A DNA stretch of 64,000 nt, from assembly GCA_950097015.1 (NCBI GenBank), contig CATNEN010000002.1, positions 6,820,001 through 6,884,000 of the forward strand, written 5' to 3'. The notes beneath the pieces were generated by a model. That model did not search any database and was not told the DNA's origin. It saw only the letters and a list, made by a program, of their open reading frames with translations. Numbering within the stretch: the stretch's first letter is position 1; each line of letters starts with the position of its first letter. The DNA is from Macrostomum hystrix. Taxonomy: Eukaryota; Animalia; Platyhelminthes. The translations under genes were made by a program, and so were the position numbers. Shown piece after piece: positions 55,408 to 64,000 of the stretch.

Positions 55408-58400
55408 TCAAAACTCCTGCAACACCTGCTGATTCTGCAGTTGCTCCCGCAGCTGCCGCAGTCGCGCAGCGTCATCGTCGTCGCCGCCGCCTGTATCCTC
55501 GTTGAAGGGCAAGGTGGATCGCCGCCGATTGGGCCGCCAGTCGTCTTGGCGACGTCGTGGCACGAAGATGCTAGCACGCTGGTAGCTGAGGCGCCGGTTT
55601 TCGCCCTCATCCGGGCTGGGGTTCGACGGCCGTCGCGGCATCCCCGGCGCCGTTGGTTCTGGCGTTGATGGCTCCGGAGTCGGCGGCGTTGGCGTGAGCG
55701 GATGGCTCGCCATCGCCGGCAAGGGCTCTTCAGCCAGCGGCTCCTCCGCGACTTCCTGACGATCGGCATCTTCGCTCGAGTTTGCATCGCCTCTGTCAGC
55801 ATCGGCAGCATCCGCGGTAGACGTCGACTGTGCGAACGCCTGTGATTCCGGGCTGCGGGAGACAACAGATCAGTTTAGATGCTTTCTGTGATTGGTTTGG
55901 ATCATGGAGCAACTGTAGTGCGGTTGATAATGAAGCGTAGGATTGGCTGTTGTGAGATGGCTAGCGGCGTGTGCATTGCTGGCGGAGTGAGGTGGCTAGC
56001 TAAGGGTGCATGGCTGGCTGAGTGAGGTGGCTTGCTGAGGGTGGCGGAGTGAGGTGGCTAGCTGAGGGTGCATGGCTGGCGGAGTGAGGTGGCTAGCTAA
56101 GGGTGCATGGCTGGCTGAGTGAGGTGGCTAGCTAAGGGTGCATGGCTGGCTGAGTGAGGTGGCTAGCGGAGCGTGCATGGCTGGCGGAGTGAGGTGGCTA
56201 GCTGAGGGTGCATGGCTGGCGGAGTGAGGTGGTTAGCTGAGGGTGCATGGCTGGCGGAGTGAGGTGGCTAGCGGAGCGTGCATGGCTGGGGGGACCCTTA
56301 ACACTTTTTTCCTATTATTTTTTGTTTATCCTCTCCATCCTCTGCAGTCTATTCCATGTATGTTTATGAAAAATAACTGATATATAAGTCTACATTAAAA
56401 AACGTTGCAAAGAGCAGATCAATCAGAATGAGCAGCAGTGCGTGTCAAGTCATTGGAACAGAGAAGAATGCAAATCGAGCACACAGCAAATGAAAATTCA
56501 CTGATAAACACATTTAGAGTGACACAGTAGCAGAGTGAGAGAGAACCAGAGTGACAGAGAACCAGAGTGACAGAGTACCGGAGTGACTCACCGGCTCTTG
56601 GCCACAGGCAGCACGACAGGCGCCCGCTGGCTGGCCAGGATGAGGGTGGCGGCGATGGCGCAGATGCAGGCCGCCAGGCCAAGGAGGATGGCGGCGAGCT
56701 GCCAGGCGGGCAGCATCGACTGGCAGTTGGTCAGATTCTCCGGGCACACGCAGCTGAGTAGTTGAATCAAGTTAAAAAACAAGCTGCATTTCTAATGCCA
56801 CCTACTATTAGTAGAAATTAACTACTGTGACAAGAATTTGAAAATACGGCGATTGAAAGGAATCGTCTCGTGAGAGTGACAGAAGAAGCCAGAGTGACAG
56901 AAGAGGCCAGAGTGACAGAAGAGGCCAGAGTGACAGAAGAGGCCAGAGTGACAGAAGAGGCCAGAGGGACAGAAGAAGCCAGAGTGACAGAAGAGGCCAG
57001 AGTGACAGAAGAGGCCAGAGTGACAGAAGAGGCCTGAGTGAATGAGTGACAGAAGAGGCCAGAGTAAAAGAAGAGACTAGAGTGACAGAAGAGGCCAGAG
57101 TGAAAGAAGAGACTAGAGTGACAGAAGAGGCCAGAGTGACAGAAGAAGCCAGAGTGAAAGAAGAGGCCAGAGTGACAGAAGAGGCCAGAGTGACAGAAGA
57201 GGCCAGAGTGAAAGAAGAGACTAGAGTGACAGAAGAGGCCAGAGTGACAGAAGAGGCCAGAGGGACAGAAGAAGCCAGAGTGACAGAAGAGGCCAGAGTG
57301 ACAGAAGAAGCCAGAGTGAAAGAAGAGACCAGAGTGACAGAAGAGGCCAGAGGGACAGAAGAAGCCAGAGTGACAGAAGAGGCCAGAGGGACAGAAGAGG
57401 CCAGAGGGACAGAAGAAGCCAGAGTGACAGAAGAGGCCAGAGTGACAGAAGAGGCCTGAGTGAATGAGTGACAGAAGAGGCCAGAGTGACAGAAGAGGCC
57501 TGAGTGAATGAGTGACAGAAGAAGCCAGAGTGACAGAAGAGGCCAGAGGGACAGAAGAGGCCAGAGGGACAGAAGAGGCCAGAGGGACAGAAGAGGCCAG
57601 AGGGACAGAAGAAGCCAGAGTGACAGAAGAGGCCAGAGGGACAGAAGAGGCCAGAGGGACAGAAGAGGCCAGAGGGACAGAAGAGGCCAGAGGGACAGAA
57701 GAAGCCAGAGTGACAGAAGAGGCCAGAGGGACAGAAGAGGCCAGAGGGACAGAAGAGGCCAGAGGGACAGAAGAAGCCAGAGTGACAGAAGAGGCCTGAG
57801 TGAATGAGTGACAGAAGAGGCCTGAGTGAATGAGTGACAGAAGAGGCCAGAGTGAAAGAAGAGACTAGAGTGACAGAAGAGGCCAGAGTGAAAGAAGAGA
57901 CTAGAGTGACAGAAGAGGCCAGAGTGAAAGAAGAGACTAGAGTGACAGAAGAGGCCAGAGTGAAAGAAGAGACTAGAGTGACAGAAGAGGCCAGAGTGAC
58001 AGAAGAGGCCAGAGTGACAGAAGAGGCCAGAGTGACAGAAGAGGCCAGAGTGACAGAAGAGGCCAGAGTGACAGAAGCAGGTTGCACTCACTCGTAGCCC
58101 CTGAACTTGTCCACGCAGACGTAGGGCGACGGGCAGGGCGAGGACGAGCAGTCGTCGAAGTCGATCTCGCAGCGGTCGCCAACCCAGCCGGTGGGGCACT
58201 GGCAGAGGTAGCCTTGGTTGAAGAACCCGTCCGAGCGGACGAGGCTGATACAGTCGGGATCCCAGGACGGACCTGGAGTTGCATTGTTACAAAACTGTCT
58301 TCAAATCTGTTCACATGCTAGATATTCAGAACGGAAATAGTTCAATTATAAACTGCCCGATGCCTCTCACCCCAGCAGCGGCCCTCGTTGACGCACGGAT

Positions 58401-61400
58401 TCTGCAGGATGTAAACCCGGATGTACAGCCTGGCCTGCAGCCTGTACTTATCGGTGTAGGCCAGAACGAACCGGTCCACTCCGGTCTGCAGCAGGCCGGG
58501 CCGATACCGGACCAGGTGGGACAGCCAGGACAGCTCAGCGGGTGAGTAGGGCAGGCTGAGGTTGCAGGGATGCCAGGTGGTCAGGCCGGTGTCCCAGTTT
58601 GTCAGGTTTCGCAGGGCCAGGCGCTCACTGTCCGTCAGGTTGCAGTCCAACGGTTCGTCTAAAATCGCAGTTGAAATGCTCGAATTGAGCGGGTTGATCA
58701 GCCGGCCAAGTCGCGGAGTCCCATCGTCGGGCAATTCAACACGGATGGCTTCGTTGGAGTCGTAGTCGAAGACTCCGGCAGTGAACAGGAGGTCGGAGTA
58801 AGCCGTGTTGTTTCCCGTGTTCTGCTCCACGGCCAGGGTGAGATTGCGGTACTGAAGGCGTACGGGATCGAAGTCGGTGAGCTCCATGGCCAGGCCGTAG
58901 CGAGAGGCGAACACCAGCGGATAGTCGGGCTCCTCGTCAATAAATATCCTGTACATGGTGCGAGCGACGTAGTCGGAGCTACTCGAAGTCTCCTCTATGG
59001 TGATGTTGAGCATGGCCACGCCCGTCTTGTGCTGCAATAGGTTGACTTAAGTTTTAATTTAATCTGGGGGGAAGGAGGGGTTTGAAGCCCATTAATAGTC
59101 TGGGCAGGGATAGAAACCCACTATTTGCCTGGGCAGTTGTTATTAAGTTTGGGGTAAAACACAGTGTTTTTCAGGCCCTGCTCCCCGCGCATCAGCCGAA
59201 GCTCTTACGCTACAATTTTATTTAGAAATTTTTGGAGTTATGAGCGGTACATATTACTTTTTTGGAAATTATAATATAGCAGTGGTTGACGGTGTGCCTA
59301 TATACGTGAGTTGGGTCTAGCTATACCAGGGGTCGGAAAACTCCGGCCCGCGGGCCAGATGCGGCCCTCGAAGCTCCCAAATCCGGCCCGTTGCCCCTTC
59401 TGACATCTACAGTGTCCTGTTTCATCTCTCTCGTGTCTAATCTCTCTCGTGTCTAATCTCTCCCGTGTCTAATCTCTCCCGTGTCTCATCTCCTCCGTGT
59501 CTAATCTCTCCTGTTTCTCATCTCTCCCGTGTCTAATCTCTCGCCTGTCTTATCTCTCCCGTGTCTCATCTCTCTCGTGTATCATCTCTCCTGTGTCTCA
59601 TCGCTCTCGTGTATCATCTTTCTGTGTCTCATCTCTCCCGTGTCTAATCTCTCCCGTGTCTCATCTCTCCCGTGTCTAATCTCTCCCGTGTCTCATCTCT
59701 CCCGTGTCTCATCTCTCCCGTGTCTCATCTCTCCCGTGTCTCATCTCTCCCGTGTCTCATCTCTCCCGTGTCTCATCTCTCCCGTGTCTCATCTCTCCCG
59801 TGTCTCATCTCTCCCGTGTCTCATCTGTCTCGTGTATCATCTTTCTGTGTCTCATCTCTCCCGTGTCTAATCTCTCCCGTGTCTCATCTCTCCCGTGTCT
59901 CATCTCTCCCGTGTCTCATCTCTCCCGTGTCTCATCTCTCCCGTGTCTCATCTCTCCCGTGTCTCATCTCTCCCGTGTCTCATCACTCCCGTGTCTCATC
60001 TCTCCCGTGTCTCATCTCTCCCGTGTCTCATCTCTCCTCTATCTCATATTTATACAGTCAATGCGGCCCGCTGTCGTCTTTTAGGTTCTCTCTTTGGCCC
60101 GCCAGCAAATAAGTTTGCCTACCCCTGAGCTATACCATTTGCTTCTGAGCTGACCCAGATAGCTTTCCAGTCCTGTTTTTTGCTCTCAGCATGTTCCTGG
60201 TTGGTTTTGCATGCATTTACTAGGCAAAGTTAAATTAAGCTATATAGTCACATAAAGTCAAGTTACTAAGCATTAAGCATAAGTAGTAAGCAATGCAAAT
60301 TATTAAACCGTCTGTGCTTGTAGGTTTCCGATCTGTTTATTGCTAATTTTCTTTAGTTGTTGGAGCAGTGGAATGCAAGTCCTTTGTGCTAGTGAGATAT
60401 CAGTGACGCTGTCTAGTCCATGTATTTTGTTAGCACTAGCCCGTAGGTACCACCTACTGGCAAGATCATCAATTCTGGTTTTAATTGGTTCAACTTTAGA
60501 AAGTCTTTGTAGGAAGGCAGCTTTGCAATACTTAGGAGCATCATGGCAGTGACGCAGAGCACGATTTTGAATGACCTGCAGTCTATCCATATGATATTTA
60601 TTAAGTAGAGTAAGTAGAGAGTGTTGAAGCAGTGAGCTGAGAGTGTGAGTTGAGGGTCAAGAGTGACTCCAAGGAATTTGACGTTTGGTTGATAGTTAAT
60701 GGTGGTTCCGTTGAAGGTGATAGGAGGAGGCTGTCCGAAGTTTTTGGTTTTGTGGATGAAGTCGATGGCTTTACTCTTGTTTGGGTTGACTTTGATGCCG
60801 TATTTGCTTAACCATTTTTGGTATTCCTCAACGAACTCCTGTGTGAGTTTGCCAGCTACGCTAGCTTTCAGTGACTGACACCATATCGATGTGTCGTCGG
60901 CAAATTGACTGGCTCTGACTCTGATGTCTTTGGGTTAGGACATTGTGGCAACCACAATGAGGAAGAGGATTGGGCTGAGTACTCCACCCTGAGGAACACC
61001 GGCCTCGGGCGTGAAGTAGTCACTGAGTTGACCGTTAGCTCTAACGGCAATCTCACGGTCAGACATATAGTTGGAGAAGATCCTGGTCAGTCTGGTGGCT
61101 ATTTTGATTTTGTGGAGGAGTCTGTAGCGCAGTGCGTCATGCCAGATTTTATCAAAAGCTCCTTCCACATCAAAGAAAACTCCGATAGTTGATCTGTTTT
61201 TGGTTTTACCTTCCATAATGTCATGGACAAGTCTGGCTAAATTTTCATGCGAGCAATGTTTCTCTCTGTAGGCACATTGGTTATGTCCAAGTGTGTTATT
61301 TTCTTGTAGGAATTTGTACAGCCGCCTTTTCACTATTTTCTCAAACACTTTCCCTATGCATGAGGTGAGGCTAATGGTCTGCTTTGTAGAGCATCTTGGT

Positions 61401-62792
61401 GTGGGCTTTTTTCCAGGCTTTTGGGAAGTAGCCTAGTTTGAGACAGTTGCCTAGGATTTTCGTGAGCACTATGATGGACGAAGGGCTGAGACCTTTTTTG
61501 AGTATGATATTGGGAATACTGTCTGGGCCCGGAGCACCTCCCGACCTAAGGTCATCTGGGCTAGTTCCCAGGTGACGTCTGCTATTCGGATTGGTTCTGT
61601 GAGGTAGGTATTGGTTTTGATTTGGGTCTGGGTTGTTAGCGGCTGAAAGTTGGTATGGCTGCTAGTGATAGAGGCCACTTTGGTTTTGAACTTTCTAGAG
61701 GTACTGGGTTCTGGCCTCATTTTATCACTTTGTGATTTAGCTAGTAGATTAGCTTTGTCATAGTCCGTGATGGCAGTAGTATTATTATAGACTAGAATTG
61801 GAAAATTGGTTAGTTGCCTCTGGGTACCCATAATGATCCGGATGTCTTTCCAGAATTTACTGTTGTTGAATTTAAGGCTTGCTTGAGTTGAGTGATCTTG
61901 GTGCATAGGCTATTGAATTTGTTAACTCTAAACTGTTGGATCTCCTTCCTAATCTGAGATGCAAGTCCGTTGGCTGAAACTCTGAATTCGTCTATCCTAG
62001 TTTGGTGATACGCTTGTCTGGGCAGGGCGGGACTGAAGCCATTAATAGTCTGGGGTAGGGTTGGGGTTGAAGCCATTAATAGTCTGGGGTAGGGTTGGGG
62101 TTGAAGCCATTAATAGTCTGGGGTAGGGTTGGGGTTGAAGCCATTAATAGTCTGGGGTAGGGTTGGGGTTGAAGCCCATTAATAGTCTGGAGCAGGGTTG
62201 GGGTTGAAGCCCATTAATAGTCTGGGGCAAGGTGGGGTTGAAGCCCATTAATGATCTGGGGTAAAGGAGAGCGTTAAAGCCTATTAACGATCTAGGTTAA
62301 AGGAGGGGGTTGAAACACTAACGATCTGGGGCAGGGAGGGTTTGGGGCCAATTAAAATTGATTAGTAGGGGGCCGAAGCCTATCAGTGTTCTGTGGCAGA
62401 AAAAGGAATGACGATTTATTAAAGATAGGGCCTACATGCGGGCAAACTGTGATTTCGAATGATCGAAAGCCAAAAATTAAAAGAGGCCAAAAATAATTAT
62501 CATTTGCACCAAAGCTCACCGGTCGATGGTTGAAGCGTATAGTTCCGTCCCTTTCGATAGTCCAGTTCCCCTGATCCACCCAATCGGATGTGTTTAACAG
62601 CCGGTCAAATACAACGCAATTCACGCATTCGGGGACGACACCAATGTTGAACGTGTCGGGCACTGAGTGCTCCTGCGTTTGAGCTTTCAGGGTGAAAAAG
62701 TGCAGATTGTCCTGCAGGTTGCAGTTGCAGACAGCCGGTTCGGCACCCTCCACCGTTTGCCAAACTGCTGGCAGCAGCAGCAGCAGCGGCAT
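55408..62792 (-). CDS. Single-pass membrane protein with two EGF-like domains, about 601 aa
   Basis: Exons 62792-62436 (donor GTAGG is less certain), 59031-58371, 58272-58092, 56753-56592, 55852-55408; 1806 nt in frame. Signal peptide MPLLLLLPAVWQTVEG; EGF NPCVNEGRC...GYLCQCPTGWVGDRCE; Ca-EGF-like DFDDCSSSPC..CVDKFRGYDCVC; TM LAAILLGLAACICAIAATLIL; acidic/Pro/Arg-rich tail. Confidence 0.8.
55955..56290. repeat. 35-bp minisatellite (GGCGGAGTGAGGTGGCTAGCTGAGGGTGCATGGCT)
   Basis: Direct repeats in the last intron of the EGF gene. Confidence 0.9.
56875..58078. repeat. 18-bp intronic satellite (AGAGTGACAGAAGAGGCC)n
   Basis: Direct repeats beginning a few nt from the donor at 58091. Confidence 0.96.
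59327..60127. mobile_element. 801-bp non-autonomous hAT element (Buster/Charlie-like) with an internal 17-bp array
   Basis: TIRs CAGGGGTCGGAAAACT / AGTTTGCCTACCCCTG; perfect 8-bp TSD AGCTATAC at 59319-59326 and 60128-60135; subterminal GGCCCGCGGGCC/GCGGCCC motifs; internal (CCCGTGTCTCATCTCTC)n at about 59420-60045. Confidence 0.93.
60200..62030 (-). mobile_element. Decayed 5'-truncated non-LTR retrotransposon (Jockey-like LINE) reverse transcriptase fragment
   Basis: Motifs NQCAYR, VFFDVEGAFDKIWH, AGVPQGGVLSPILF, QFADDT, KFLGVTLD, LQVIQNRALR. There is an in-frame stop at 60935-60937, plus frameshifts and a deletion. Confidence 0.92.
62030..62345. repeat. 34-bp G-rich minisatellite (GAAGCCATTAATAGTCTGGGGTAGGGTTGGGGTT)
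   Basis: Direct repeats; a related single unit lies at about 59080-59108. Confidence 0.9.
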
Positions 62793-62981
62793 CTGGTTGA
62801 TCAGTATCAAACAGGTAGGTTCAACTGTCTAACAGGTAGGTTTAATTTTCTAACAGGTGGTTTTGACAGTCTAACAGGTGGGCTACCGGTCTAACAGGCG
62901 GGTTTATATCTAACAGGTGGATTTTCCCTATCTAACAGGTGGTTTGCGTGTCAATTACGTGGGTTTTTTTCTAACAGGTTG

Positions 62982-63350
62982 GCTACATGTTTACCATGGG
63001 AGTCGGTGGCAGAGCGTTTGCCTCTCGCACCATGGTCCCTGAGTTCGATTCCACGGCGAGGCCACATTTATTTGGGGCCTAGCCGCGGTGAGAAGGCTTG
63101 GGGGCTTGTCGTGCAATTTACGCCCTTGAGGGCCAACCTCCAAGGCACAGTGAAAGCGTACACTGCCTGACGATGAGAAAATCAGGGCAGATGTACACAC
63201 CTGTGTGAGCGTATGCCTGTGTACAGTATCTGTGCGCTCGTGTGCTCAGGAGTCAGCGAAATGGGCAGAATTGCCTCCTCGCTGGCTGCTGGTCTATTGT
63301 CACCAAATGATGTGCCATTGCCCGCAGCCCTCCTGCAATAATAATACTTA
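62982..63350 (+). mobile_element. Full-length-looking tRNA-derived SINE family A copy inserted in a CTAACAGGTGG minisatellite
   Basis: A-box-like TGGGAGTCGGTGGCAGAGCG, B-box GAGTTCGATTCC, shared body and (AAT)n tail. The same minisatellite continues on both sides (62810-62980 and 63362-63440). Confidence 0.8.
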
Positions 63351-63600
63351 TTTTTATTACATTTCTAACAGATGGATTCCCTATCTAACAGGTGGTTTGC
63401 CTGTCTAACAGGTGGGCTAAATGTCTAACTGGTAAGTTTCCTATTTAATTTAGTCGGTTCCTTGCCAAGCAAGGTAGGTACTCCTCATATAAGCTTCAAA
63501 TAGGCATAAGCTTAGCTTACCAACAACTTTCCCATCGCAATACGGTTGGCAGTACTTTTGCAAGTCGAATTCACTCAAGACTGCTCAGTGCACAGCTCAC

Positions 63601-63777
63601 CTGCGATAAATGATCTAATATTGCGCGCAACTTTATTTTCTAACGGCGCTTGCCAGCTCTCCCGCTCAACTGCCTAATAGCAATCCGCTCGTATCTTATC
63701 AGCGGTAAACTTTAGAGGCCACCCAAGCCTTCACAGTTTAACCTAACAGTAATTTTAAGTCTCGTTTCCATGGTGAC
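63601..63777 (-). promoter_or_regulatory. X-box (63764-63777) and putative non-coding first exon of the EGF gene
   Basis: GTTTCCATGGTGAC, then an ATG-free minus-strand segment ending in the donor CAG|GTGAGC at 63600; a matching acceptor CCAG sits directly before the ATG at 62792. Confidence 0.55.
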
Positions 63778-63884
63778 TTTTTTTCAGCAGTCTGCGATTC
63801 AGTGTAAAAAACTGCATAGGCAACTTTGGAGTACTTTTACATTTGTTTTGTATACCACTCAGTTGATACTAGCCAGGTTTTTAT

Positions 63885-64000
63885 TGGGTGGATGTCATCA
63901 TGGATTTGGGTGGATGTCACCATGGATTTGGGTGGATGTCATCATGGATTTGGGTGGATGTCATCATGGATTTGGGTGGATGTCATCATGGATTTGGGTG
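63885..64000. repeat. 22-bp array (GGGTGGATGTCATCATGGATTT)n running off the right edge
   Basis: Direct repeats. Confidence 0.92.

Noticed and set aside
56808-58199. 463-aa and TEEAR-repeat ORFs
   Set aside because: They come from an 18-bp intronic satellite; only 58272-58092 is coding.
63160-63262. Hammerhead ribozyme in the SINE (CTGACGA ... GAAA)
   Set aside because: GAAA does not follow a closed stem II, and it is GATA in the 28.7-kb copy. Only a plain hairpin is supported.

Overview
This is a repeat-dense animal (not prokaryotic) genomic window. GC-rich GT-AG exons are separated by introns that almost all carry their own minisatellite. That style, together with the gene content, is consistent with a free-living flatworm such as Macrostomum (inference only). 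I assembled six spliced protein-coding genes by hand with phase-consistent exons: (1) the 3' part of a Cys-loop nicotinic acetylcholine receptor alpha subunit (+) with an anion-channel-type Pro-Ala M2 motif; (2) a complete 12-exon galactosylceramidase GALC/GH59 (-), whose introns hold a tRNA-Lys(CTT), a frameshifted antisense CHMP4/Snf7 copy, a MITE and a 3.3 kb satellite; (3) NME5 (-), divergent from (4) an MPPED-family metallophosphoesterase (+); (5) a 2-Ig, probably GPI-anchored Dpr-like protein (-); (6) a single-pass EGF-repeat membrane protein (-). Mobile elements include a Gypsy (Mag-like) 5' LTR plus gag running off the left edge, a decayed Jockey-like LINE, a hAT MITE with a perfect 8-bp TSD carrying an internal satellite, two 601-bp TTAA-flanked MITEs and tRNA-derived SINEs. 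Four RFX X-box motifs cluster at 29.5-29.8 kb and one more lies at 63.77 kb. Most long ORFs in the supplied track are tandem-repeat artefacts.
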